Source: Somniosus microcephalus
Taxonomy: Eukaryota
Length of the DNA: 64,000 nt
NCBI GenBank assembly: GCA_052327205.1
Contig: CM126209.1
Location: 183,644,001 to 183,708,000 of the forward strand
Reading direction: 5' to 3'
Every line of letters begins with the position of its first letter. Within the stretch, counting starts at the first letter, position 1. Positions 1 to 10,401 of the stretch are shown here, one piece after another. The position numbers were made by a program, and so were the translations under genes. The notes under the pieces are model-generated. The model was not told where the DNA came from, searched no databases, and saw only the letters and a list, made by a program, of their open reading frames with translations.

Positions 1-14
1 ATCACCAGGTTCCC

Positions 15-1496
15 GTGCACCCGCAAGATGTCCCGAAAACCGCAGTCATCACCCCTTTTGGCCTCTTTGAGTTCCTACGGATGCCGTTTGGCTTGAAGAA
101 CGCGACACAGGCTTTCCAGCGCTTAATGGACTCCGTGCTCCGTGACCTAAACTTCATCTTCGTCTACCTTGATGACATTCTCATCGCCACTGCTAGCAAG
201 GAAGAGCACATCTCCCATTTGTGTACCGTCTTTACACGCCTCAGCCAGCACGGTTTAATCACCAACCCGGCCAAGTGCCAGTTCGGCCTGCAGCGGATCG
301 ATTTCTTGGGACCCCGCATAACATCGGACGGCGCCGTCCCCTTACTGACGAAGGTGGAAGCTGTTACCTCTTTCCCGCGCCCGCCAACCGTCAAGGCCCT
401 GCAAGAGTTCCTGGGGATGGTCAACTTCTATCACCGGTTCGTCCCAAAGGCGGCTCAGCTAATGCAGCCTTTGTACAGGGCCCTCAAGGGCAAGTCCGGT
501 AAGGATCCAATCAGCTGGATGGCTGAGATGGACCAGGTGTTCGTCAACACCAAGAGCGCTTTGGCCAACGCAACCATGCTGGCACACCCGCTTCAAGGTG
601 CCACCATCGCCTTTACCACAGGCGCGTCAGACTACGCCATCGGCGCAGTGCAGGAGCAGTGGGTGAACGGCACGTGGCAACCGCTGCCGTTTTTCAGCCG
701 TCAACTACGGAAAAATGAAAAAAAATACAGCACCTTCGATCGGGAGTTACTGGCCCTTTTCCTAGCCATTCGCCATTTCCGCTTCTTATTAGAAGGACGT
801 CCCTTCACGGCTTTTGTTGACCACAAGCCTCTAACGTTCGCCAATGCCAAGACCACTGAACTGTGGTCCGCTCGTCAACAACGTCACCTATCGTTTATTT
901 CTGAATTTACCACGGACATTCAACATGTGTCTGGTAAAGACAACCTGGTAGCGGATTGCCTCTCCCGCGCGATGGTCCATGCGGTTCACCTGGGGATTGA
1001 CTACGCCCTCATGGCTGCGGATCAGGCCTCGGACCCAGAGGTCCAATCATACAGAACCGTCCCATTTAGTTTCCAAGCGACCGACGTCAGTTTCCAGGCC
1101 GCAGGCACCACTCTCCTTTGCGACGTCTCCATGGGCGTTCCCCGACCTATCGTGCCAGTCGCATGGCGCCGGAAGGAGTTTGACGCCATACACGGGTTGT
1201 CGCACCCTGGTATGGAGGCTTCACAATGGCTAATGTCGGCAAAGTTCGTCTGGAAGGGTATGCACCTCGATGTCCATGACTGGGCCAACACCTGCATGGT
1301 CTGCCAGAAGGCCAAGGTCCAGCGTCATGTTAAAGCTCCAGTGGCTACGTTCGCTGTTCCGGAGCGTCGTTTCGACCACGTGCATGTGGACCTTGTGGGG
1401 CCACTTCCGCCTTCTCATGGTTATACGCATCTCCTCACCATGGTGGACCGCACCACTAGGTGGCCAGAGGCAATTCCTTTGGTTGCCACCACTTCA
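15..1496 (+). pseudogene. Gypsy pol, RT (YLDD)-RNase H-integrase N-terminal half, cut by insertion
   Basis: MPFGLKNA, YLDDILI, RNase H YSTFDRELLA/DHKPL, HHCC zinc finger (H-G-L-S-H...CMVC), integrase VDLVGP. Confidence 0.92.
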
Positions 1497-1603
1497 TAAG
1501 AACATAAGAAATAGGAGCAGGAGTAGGCCAATCGGCCCCTCGAGCCTGCTCCGCCATTCAATAACTAGTACGATAGCAAAATACTGCAGATGTTGGAAAT
1601 CCG

Positions 1604-1905
1604 AAATAACAACAGAAAATGCTGGAAAAACTCAGCAAGTCAGGCAACATCCGTGGAGAGAAATTTGAGTTGACGTTTCGGGTTTGACCCTTCTTCAAAA
1701 CTGGAGAGAAAAGGAACTAGATCGAAGGCAGGGCTGCGATCGGACAAAAGAATAAAAGAACCAAAAGAAGTAAAAGAGATTAGAAGCTAGACGAGATGGT
1801 AATAGGCTGTGATTAGGTGTAAAGTGTACTGGCAGGGCAAAAGATAGCTGCCAGGTGTGAGAGAGAAACAAAAGGAAAGGGGGGGGGGAAAGGAAAGGAG
1901 TGGAA
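1604..1905 (-). repeat. Inverted copy of the PLE pseudo-LTR (partner 3681-3981)
   Basis: ~300 bp, essentially perfect reverse complement of 3681-3981; this copy extends a further ~39 nt (1565-1603). Confidence 0.93.
1668..1702 (-). ncRNA. Second copy of the minimal hammerhead motif, in the inverted pseudo-LTR
   Basis: Exact reverse complement of 3883-3917. Confidence 0.68.
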
Positions 1906-3648
1906 GCTGAACGCCAACTCTCCGACACCTGCTCCTACCTCCACCTGGACCATGACCCCACTACCGAACATCAAACCACCGTTTCCAAGACTGTCACTGA
2001 CCTCATCTCCTCTGGAGATCTTCCCCCCGCTGCCACCAACCTCATAGTTCCCCAACCCCGCACAGCCCGCTTCTACCTCCTTCCCAAGATCCACAAACAG
2101 GACTGCCCTGGTAGACCCATCGTTTCAGCCTGTTCTTGCCCTACGGAACTTATCTCTTCCTATCTTGACTCTATCTTTTCTCCCCTTGTCCAGTCTCTTC
2201 CCACCTACATCCGCGACTCTTCAGACGCCCTCCGCCACTTTAACAGTTTCCAGTTTCCTGGCCCCAACCGTCTCCTTTTCACCATGGACGTACAATCCCT
2301 CTACACCTCCATCCCCCACCCGGATGGCCTGAGGGCACTCCGCTTCTTCCTCGAACAGAGGCCCGACCAGTCCCCATCCACCACGACCCTCCTCCGCCTG
2401 GCTGAACTTCTTCTCACATTGAACAACTTCTCCTTTAACTCCACTCATTTCCTCCAAATCAAAGGTGTTGCCATGGGTACCCGCATGGGTCCTAGCTATG
2501 CCTGCCTTTTCGTGGGCTATGTGGAACAATCTTTGTTCCAGTCCTACTCGGGTCCCCTCCCTCACCTCTTTTTCCGATACATTGATGACTGTATCGGTGC
2601 CGTTTCCTGCTCTCGCCCCGAACTTGACAATTTCATTCACTTTGCCTCCAATTTCCACCCTTCCCTCACCTTCACATGGTCCATCTCTGACTCTTCCCTT
2701 CCCTTCCTCGACTTCTCCGTCTCCATCTCTGGGGATAGGTTATCGACCAATATTTACTACAAGCCCACTGACTCCCACAGCTACCTGGACTACACTTCCT
2801 CCCACCCCGCTTCCTGTAAGGACTCTATTCCATTCTCCCAGTTTCTCCGCCTCCGCCGTATCTGCTCCGACGATGCCACCTTCCACACCAGTGCTTCAGA
2901 CATGTCTTCCTTTTTCCGCAACCGAGGATTCCCCTCTACCGTGGTTGACACTGCCCTCGACCGTGTCAGTTCTATCTCCCGCACCTCTGCCCTCACCCCT
3001 GCCCCTCCCTCCCGGAACCACGATAGGGTTCCCCTTGTCCTCACCTTTCACCCCACCAGCCTCCACATTCAACGGATCATCCTCCGGCATTTCCGCTACC
3101 TCCAAAGTGATCCCACCACCAAACGTATCTTCCCCTCCCCTCCCCTTTCAGCATTCCGCAGGGACCGCTCTCTCCGAGACACCCTAGTCCACTCCTCTAT
3201 CACCCCAAACAGCCCTTCCCCTTCGCCTGGCACCTTCCCGTGCAAGCGGAGGAGATGTAACACCTGCCCCTATACCTCCCCCCTCCCCACTGTCCAGGGC
3301 CCCAAACACCCCTTCCAGGTGAAACAGCGATTTACTTGTACTTCTCGCAATCTAGTATACTGTATTCGCTGCTCACGATGCGGTCTCCTCTACATTGGGG
3401 AGACCAAACGCAGATTGGGTGACCGCTTTGCGGAACACCTCCGTTCAGTCCGTAAGGGTGACCCCGAGCTTCCGGTCGCCTGTCATTTCAATTCACCGCT
3501 CCATTCCCACTCGGACCTCACTGTCCTTGGCCTCTTGTACTGTTCCACGGAAGCTCAACGTAAACTCGAGGAACAGCACCTCATCTTCCGATTAGGCAGT
3601 CTGCAGCCTTCCGGTCTCAATATCGAGTTCAACAATTTCAGATCATAA
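1900..3648 (+). CDS. Penelope-like RT-GIY-YIG polyprotein, N-terminally truncated but uninterrupted for 582 aa
   Basis: FYLLPKIHK, GRPIVS, DVQSLYTSIP, GVAMGT, RYIDD; Cys linker CKRRRCNTC; NLVYCIRCSRCGLLYIGET...RFAEH...GLN. Confidence 0.92.
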   Translation: MEAERQLSDTCSYLHLDHDPTTEHQTTVSKTVTDLISSGDLPPAATNLIVPQPRTARFYLLPKIHKQDCPGRPIVSACSCPTELISSYLDSIFSPLVQSLPTYIRDSSDALRHFNSFQFPGPNRLLFTMDVQSLYTSIPHPDGLRALRFFLEQRPDQSPSTTTLLRLAELLLTLNNFSFNSTHFLQIKGVAMGTRMGPSYACLFVGYVEQSLFQSYSGPLPHLFFRYIDDCIGAVSCSRPELDNFIHFASNFHPSLTFTWSISDSSLPFLDFSVSISGDRLSTNIYYKPTDSHSYLDYTSSHPASCKDSIPFSQFLRLRRICSDDATFHTSASDMSSFFRNRGFPSTVVDTALDRVSSISRTSALTPAPPSRNHDRVPLVLTFHPTSLHIQRIILRHFRYLQSDPTTKRIFPSPPLSAFRRDRSLRDTLVHSSITPNSPSPSPGTFPCKRRRCNTCPYTSPLPTVQGPKHPFQVKQRFTCTSRNLVYCIRCSRCGLLYIGETKRRLGDRFAEHLRSVRKGDPELPVACHFNSPLHSHSDLTVLGLLYCSTEAQRKLEEQHLIFRLGSLQPSGLNIEFNNFRS

Positions 3649-3882
3649 CCTCGGCCCCTATTTCATTTTCACTTACATTTTTCCACTCCTTTCCTTTCCC
3701 CCCCCCTTTCCTTTTGTTTCTCTCTCACACCTGGCAGCTATCTTTTGCCCTGCCAGTACACTTTACACCTAATCACAGCCTATTACCATCTCGTCTAGCT
3801 TCTAATCTCTTTTACTTCTTTTGGTTCTTTTATTCTTTTGTCCGATCGCAGCCCTGCCTTCGATCTAGTTCCTTTTCTCTCC

Positions 3883-3917
3883 AGTTTTGAAGAAGGGTCA
3901 AACCCGAAACGTCAACT
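3883..3917 (+). ncRNA. Minimal type-I hammerhead ribozyme motif in PLE pseudo-LTR
   Basis: AGUU-UUGAAGA-A-GGG(UCAAA)CCC-GAAA-CG-UC-AACU: stem I AGUU/AACU, core with C3U, stem II, palindromic ACGU stem III, GUC cleavage triplet. Confidence 0.7.
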
Positions 3918-4152
3918 CAAATTTCTCTCCACGGATGTTGCCTGACTTGCTGAGTTTTTCCAGCATTTTCTGTTGTTATTTCCGCCATTCAATAAGATCA
4001 TGGCTGATCTGATCCTAACCGCCAATCCACTATCACAGAACCATCTCCTGAATCTAACAGAATTAGACACACGAAATAGGAGCAGGATCAGGCTACACGG
4101 CCCCTGGGCCCGCTCCGCTGCCCACAGGGCCATGACCGATCCGAACCTAGAC

Positions 4153-7104
4153 TCATGTCCAAATTCCTGCCCGCTCCCCGTAACCCTTAATTCCCTTTAC
4201 TTCTAGGAAACTGTCTATTTCTGTTTTAAATTTATGTAATGATGTAGCTTCTACAGCTTTTTGGGGCAGCATATTCCATGGACCTACCACCCTCTGAGTG
4301 AAGTAGTTCCTCCTCATCTCAGTTTTGAAAGAGCAGCCCCTTATTCTAAGACTATGCCCCCTAGTTCTAGTTTCACCCATCATTGGGAACATCCTTACCG
4401 CATCCACCCGATCAAGCCCCTTCACAATCTTATATGTTTCAATAAGATCGCCTCTCATTCTTCTGAACTCCAATGAGTAGAGTCCCAATCTACTCAACCT
4501 CTCCTCATATGTTCATCCCCTCATCCCCGGGATTAACCGAGTGAACCTTCTTTGTACTGACTCGAGAGCAAGTATGTCCTTTCTTAAGTATGGACACCAA
4601 AACTGTACGCAGTATTCCAAGTGCGGCCTCACCAGTACCTTGTACAACTGAAGCAATACCTCCCTATTTTTATATTCTATCCCCCTAGCAATGAAAGCCA
4701 ACATTCCATTGGCCTTCTTAATCACGTGCTGCACCTGCATACTAACCTTTTGAGTTTTGTGCACCAGGACCCCCAGATCCCTTTGTACTTCAGTACTTTC
4801 AAGTTTCTTGCCATTAAGATAATAACTTGCTCTACGATTTTTCCTGCCAAAGTGCATAACCTCACACTTTCCAGTATTGTATCCCATCTGCCAAATCTCT
4901 GCCCACTTACTTAGCCTGTCGATGTCCCCTTGCAGGTTTTTTATGTCCTCCTCACTCACTACTTTCCCTCCCATCTTAGTATCATCTACAAACTTTGATA
5001 TGTTACACGTGGTCCCCTCCTCCAAATCGTTAATATAGATTGTAAAGAGTTGGGGACCCAGCACTGACCCCTGCGGAACACCACTAGTTACTGATTGCCA
5101 GTCTGAGAATGAACCATTTATCCCAACTCTCTGCCTTCTGTTAGATAGCCAATCCTCTATCCATGCCAGAATATTACCCCCAATCCCGTGATTTTTTATC
5201 TTAAGCAATAATCTTTTGTGTGGCACCTTGTCAACTGCCTTTTGGAAGTCTAAATACACTACGTCCACTGGCTCCCCTTTATCCACCCTATACGTTACTT
5301 CCTCAAAGAACTCCAGCAAATTTGTCAAACATGACTTCTCCTTCATAAAACCATGCTGATTTTGTCCTATTAAATTATGATTATCCAAATGTCCTGTTAC
5401 TGTCTCCTTAATAATGGACTCCAAAATTTTACCTACCACAGATGTTAGGCTAACCGGTCTATAGTTTCCAGCCTTCTGTCTACTGCCCTTTTTAAATAAG
5501 GGTGTTACATTAGCAGTTTTCCAGTCTGCCAGGACCTTTGCCGAGTCCAGGGAGTTTTGGAAAATTATTACCAATGCATCCACAATCCCTACCGCCACTT
5601 CCCTCAAGACCCTTGGATGTAAGCCATCGGGTCCAGGTGATTTATCTGCCTTGAGTCCCATTATTTTACCGAGTACCACTTCCTTAGTGATTTTGATCGT
5701 GTTTATCTCCTCCCCCCCTTTAGCCCCCTGTTTGTCCAGTGTTGGGATATTCTTAGTGTCTTCTACTGTAAAGACTGATGTAAAATATTCATTCAGTGTT
5801 TTTGCCATCTCCATATTTTCCACCATTAATTTCCCGGTCTCATCCTCTAAGGGACCAACATTTACTTTAGCCACCCTTTTTCTTTTTATATAACTGTAAA
5901 AACTCTTACTATCTGTTTTTATATTTTGTGCTAATTTACTTTCATAATCTATCTTCCCTTTCTTAATCAATCTTTTTGTTATTTTTTGCTGTCTTTTAAA
6001 GTTTTCCCAATCCTCTATCCTCCCACTAGATTTGGCTACCTTATATGCCCTTGTTTTTCGTCGAATACTATCCTTAATTTCTTTACTTAGCCACGGATGG
6101 CTGTCTTTTCTTTTACACCCTTTTCTTCTCAGTGGAATATATATTTTTTGGAAGTTGTAAAATAACTCCTTGAATGTACACCACTGATCATGTATCGTCT
6201 TACCCTTTAATCTATTTTCCCAATCCACTCTACTCAATTCCGCTCTCATACCTTCATAGTCTCCTTTATTCAAGCTCAGCACGCTTGTTTGAGATCCAAC
6301 CTTCTCACCCTCTAATTGAATATGGAATTCAACCATGTTATGGTCACTCATTCCAAGGGGATCCTTTACTAGGACATTTTTAATTAATCCCGTCTCGTTA
6401 CACAGGACCAGATCTAAGGTTGCTTGCCCCCTGGTCGGTTCAGTTACATACTGCTCAAGAAACCCATCCCTAATACAGTCAATGAACTCATCCTCAAGGC
6501 TGCTCTGCCCAATTTGATTTGTCCAATTAATATGATAGTTGAAATCCCCCATAATTATAGATGTTCCCTTATTACAAGCCTCAACTATTTCCTGATTGAT
6601 ACTCCGTCCAACAGAGTTGCAACTGTTCGGAGGCCTATAGACTACGCCCACTAGTGTTTTTTTCCCCTTATTATTCCTTACCTCCACCCAAACTGTTTCA
6701 TTATCCTGATCTTTTGACCCAATATCATTTCTCTGTATTACAGTGATTCCTTCCTTTATTAACATAGCCACCCCACCTCCCCTTCCTTCCTGCCTGTCCT
6801 TCCTGATCGTTAAATAACCTGGTATGTTTAATTCCCAGGCATTGTCACCCTGCAGCCATGTTTCTGTAATGGCCACAAGATCATACCCATATGTAGTTAT
6901 TTGTGCCATTAACTCATCTATTTTGTTACGAATGCTACGTGCATTCAGATAGAGAACTTTCAAAGTTGTTTTGTGACACTTAGTTCCTGCTTTTGCCCTT
7001 TTTATTACTTTACCTTTTACTCCATACCTTCTGCCCCTTCCTGACATGCTCTGGTTTTTAATTTCCCCACTGCTACCTAAGTCTATTACCTTCTCTGTTG
7101 TCAT
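4153..7104 (-). pseudogene. CR1 ORF2 (APE endonuclease + reverse transcriptase), one frameshift near 4500-4513
   Basis: [24 protein letters not shown] (APE); [23 protein letters not shown] (variant of FADD); C-terminal RRMRGDLIETYK/TRGHSL in ORF 4153..4497. Confidence 0.93.
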
Positions 7105-7141
7105 TTTTATTATTTGCTCTCTAGAACCTCCCCCCCACTAG

Positions 7142-8087
7142 TTAGTTTAAAGCCCTCTCTACAGCCCTAGTTATATGATCCGCCAGGACTCTAGTCCCAG
7201 CACTGGCCAAGTGAAGCCCGTCCCAACAGAACAGCTCCCTCCTGCCCCAGTACTGGTGCCAGTGTCCCAGGAAGCAAAACCCATTTCTCCCACACCAGTC
7301 TTTGAGCCACGCATTTAACTCTCTAATTTTATTTGTCCTAGCCAAATTCGCTCATGGCTCAGGTAATAATTACCCTTGTGTTTCTGCTTTTTAATTTGAC
7401 CCCTAGCTGCTCAAACTCCCTCAGCAGAACCTCCTTCCTTGTCCTATCTATGTCGTTGGTACCAACATGGACCACGACAACTGGATCCTCCCCCTCCCAC
7501 TCCAAGTTTCTCTCCAGTCCAGAGGAGATGTCCTTAACCCTGGCACCGGGCAGGCAACACAGCCTTCGGGACTCTCGCTCTCGGCTGCAAAAAACTCTAT
7601 CTATCCCCCTAACGATACTATCCCCTACCACTACAACATTTCTTTTAACTCCCCCTACTTGAATGGCCCCCTGCTCCACGGTGCTGTGGCCAGGTTGCTC
7701 ATCCTCCCTGCAGTCCCTGCTCCTGTCCCCACAGGGAGTAAGAGCCTCGAACCTGTTGGACAAGTGCAAGGGCTGCGGCTCCTCCAACACTACCTCCTGG
7801 ATCCCCGTACCTGCCTCACTTCTAGTCACACCATCCTGACCCTGGCCACGGACTACATCTGAATTAATTAATCTAATTGGTGTGACTACCTCATGATACA
7901 CAGAGTCCAGGTAACTCTCCCCCTCCCTGATGTGTCTCAGTGTTTGAAGCTCGGTCTCCAGCTCTTCAACATGGAGCCGGAGTTCCTCGAGCAGCCAACA
8001 CTTACTGCAAATGTGATCACCGTGAGCATCAATGGTGTCCACCAGCTCCCACATATTGCAGCAGTAACACATCACCTGATCTCCCAT
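7142..8087 (-). pseudogene. CR1 ORF1 (CxxC zinc finger/leucine zipper + SGNH esterase), frameshifted by a short deletion near 7365
   Basis: CYCC...CSKC, LEELRLHVEELETEL, VVGDSIVRG, HVGTND, DGLHL; deletion visible against the second copy at ~57640. Confidence 0.9.
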
Positions 8088-8299
8088 TCTATGTAATTAA
8101 TTAAATTTATTAATAGTATTCCTAAATACCCTCTGCTCCGATCCTAGATGGTGAATATCACACCTTAGAAACTATAAACCAAAGAGATTTAAGCTTAAAA
8201 AGGGAGAAATACTTACCAACCAATCACTTACCCGCTTTCTGGTGATGTCACACTTGGATTACTTTTGACCTCCCTCCTCCCAGACTGGAGATTGGTAAA

Positions 8300-9510
8300 C
8301 CTTACCTGGTCTCTGGGACTTTTATAGCCCCGCTCTGCCGCTCAGGATTCCCGCCGACGCACTGAGGCCTTGCCTGGTCTCTGGGACTTTTATAGCCCCG
8401 CTCTGCCGCTCAGGATTCCCGCCGACGCTGTGAGGCCTTACCTGGTCTCTGGGACTTTTATAGCCCCGCTCTGCCGCTCAGGATTCCCGCCGACGCTGTG
8501 AGACCTTACCTGGTCTCTGGGACTTTTATAGCCCCGCTCTGCCGCTCAGGATTCCCGCCGACGCACTGAGGCCTTACCTGGTCTCTGGGACTTTTATAGC
8601 CCCGCTCTGCCGCTGAGTTCCCGCCGACGCTGTGAGGCCTTACCTGGTCTCTGGGGCTTTTATAGACCCGCTCTGCCGCTCAGGATTCCCGCCGACACAC
8701 TGAGGCCTTACCTGGTCTCTGGGGCTTTTATAGCCCCGCTCTGCCGCTCAGGATTCCCGCCGACGCTGTGAGGCCTTACCTGGTCTCTGGGACTTTTATA
8801 GCCCCGCTCTGCCGCTCAGGATTCCCGCCGACGCTGTGAGGCCTTACCTGGTCTCTGGGACTTTTATAGCTCCGCTCTGCCGCTCAGGATTCCCGCCGAC
8901 GCTGTGAGGCCTTACCTGGTCTCTGGGACTTTTATAGCCTCGCTGCTGCCGCTCAGGATTCCCGCCGACGCTGTGAGGCCTTACCTGGTCTCTGGGACTT
9001 TTATAGCCCCGCTCTGCCGCTCAGGTTTCCTGCCGACGCTGTGAGGCCTTACCTGGTCTCTGGGACTTTTATAGCCCCGCTCTGCCGCTCAGGATTCCCG
9101 CCGACGCTGTGAGGCCTTACCTGGTCTCTGGGACTTTTATAGCCCCGCTGCTGCCGCTCAGGTTTCCTGCCGACGCGGTGAGGCCTTACCTGGTCTCTGG
9201 GACTTTTATAGCCCCGCTCTGCCGCTCGAGATTCCCGCCGACGCTGAGGCCTTACCTGGTCTCTGGGACTTTTATACCCCGCTCTGCCGCTCAGGATTCC
9301 CGCCGACGCACTGAAGCCTTACCTGGTCTCTGGGACTTTTATACCCCGCTCTGCCGCTCAGGATTCCCGCCGACGCACTGAAGCCTTACCTGGTCTCTGG
9401 GACTTTTATACCCCGCTCTGCCGCTCAGGATTCCCGCCGACGCACTGAAGCCTTACCTGGTCTCTGGGGCCTTTTATACCCCGCTCTGCCGCTCAGGATT
9501 CCCGCCGACG
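8300..9510 (-). repeat. 18 tandem copies of a ~68-bp GC-rich monomer forming the CR1 5' end; each has TATA box, Inr-like site and splice donor
   Basis: Unit starts at 8300, 8368, 8436, 8504, 8572...9451; minus-strand unit CCTCA(CA/GT)GCGTCGGCGGGAATCCTGAGCGGCAGAGCGGGGCTATAAAAGTCCCAGAGACCAGGTAAGG. Confidence 0.95.
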
Positions 9511-10390
9511 TCGCTAGAGCTTTCACCTCCTGTTGGGTTGCCCGTTTCGGGGTACCGGCAGACATCTCTTCCGACCGTGGGCCACAATTTTCCTCGGAGC
9601 TCTGGAACGCTGTAGCTCAGGGGCTCGGCACCAAACTTCATCGCACCACCGCCTATCATCCACAGGCGAACGGCCTTTGCGAGCGATTCCACAGGTCGCT
9701 TAAAGCCACCCTTCGGGCCAGTCTTCAAGGTGCAAGATGGGTGGACAAACTCCCACAGGTCCTTTTGGGTCTTCGTACGGTGCCCAAAGAAGACCTGCAA
9801 TCGTCCTCAGCCGAACTCGTTTATGGCCAGCCTCTCCGTGTACCAGCGGATTTCCTCACTTCTCCCACAGAGCCATGGTCCACCTCCCAGCAACTCGTCA
9901 GCCACCAGGAAGCGGCCAGATGCTTCGCTCCAGTGCCTACATCAAATCACGGCTTACAGAGCTCCCATGTGCCAGCGGAGCTGAAGAATGCCAAGTACGT
10001 ATTTATCCGCCACAACACTCACCGGGATCCGCTCAAGCCCCCTTACACTGGTCCTTTCCGCGTCATCGAATCGGGAGACAAATCCTTTTCGGTCGATATC
10101 GGAGGAAAGCCGGATCAAATTTCAGTGGACCGGTTGAAGCCGGCTCACCTGGACCTGGACCGCCCAGTCGTCGTCGCTCAACCGCCGAAACGTGGCCGAC
10201 CGCCTGCAGCTGCCATGCCAGATCAACCACAGCCGCCCGCCAACTCGACCACACTCGCCACGCCAGCTCAACCACAACCGCCTGCGAGCTCGACCACCGT
10301 TCATCAGCTTCCTCTGCAAGGTTACCGAAGTCGCTTGGACAGACTTGTCAGGCCTCCTCGACGTCTCACTTTTGCTGGTAAAGATAATTC
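9504..10390 (+). pseudogene. Gypsy integrase C-terminal half (frameshifted)
   Basis: SDRGPQF core motif, YHPQANGLCERFHRSLK, LLGLRT...SSAELVYG, LKPPYTGPFRV, SVDRLKPAHL. Confidence 0.88.
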
Positions 10391-10401
10391 TGGGGGCCGC
10401 A

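Larger units (their letters stand above)
1565..3980 (+). mobile_element. Penelope-like element (Neptune-type), 5'-truncated, with inverted pseudo-LTR
   Basis: RT + GIY-YIG ORF; 15-bp target duplication TCCGCCATTCAATAA at 1550-1564 and 3981-3995; inverted repeat 1604-1905 vs 3681-3981. Confidence 0.93.
1497..9510 (-). mobile_element. Near full-length CR1 LINE (ORF1 esterase + ORF2 APE-RT), with Penelope insertion in its 3' UTR and a tandem-monomer 5' end
   Basis: 3' tail (TAAGAACA repeats on + strand) at 1497; 3' UTR continues at 3981 after the PLE; ORF2 4153-7104; ORF1 7142-8087; 5' array 8300-9510. Confidence 0.93.

Noticed and set aside
2221-3187. Overlapping alternative-frame and antisense ORFs in the PLE (and similar ones in CR1/Gypsy)
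   Set aside because: Explained by compositional bias of the main ORFs; no recognisable motifs
8300-9510. Regular repeat array resembling CRISPR
   Set aside because: Units are contiguous 68-bp tandem copies with no unique spacers, there are no cas genes, and the context is eukaryotic
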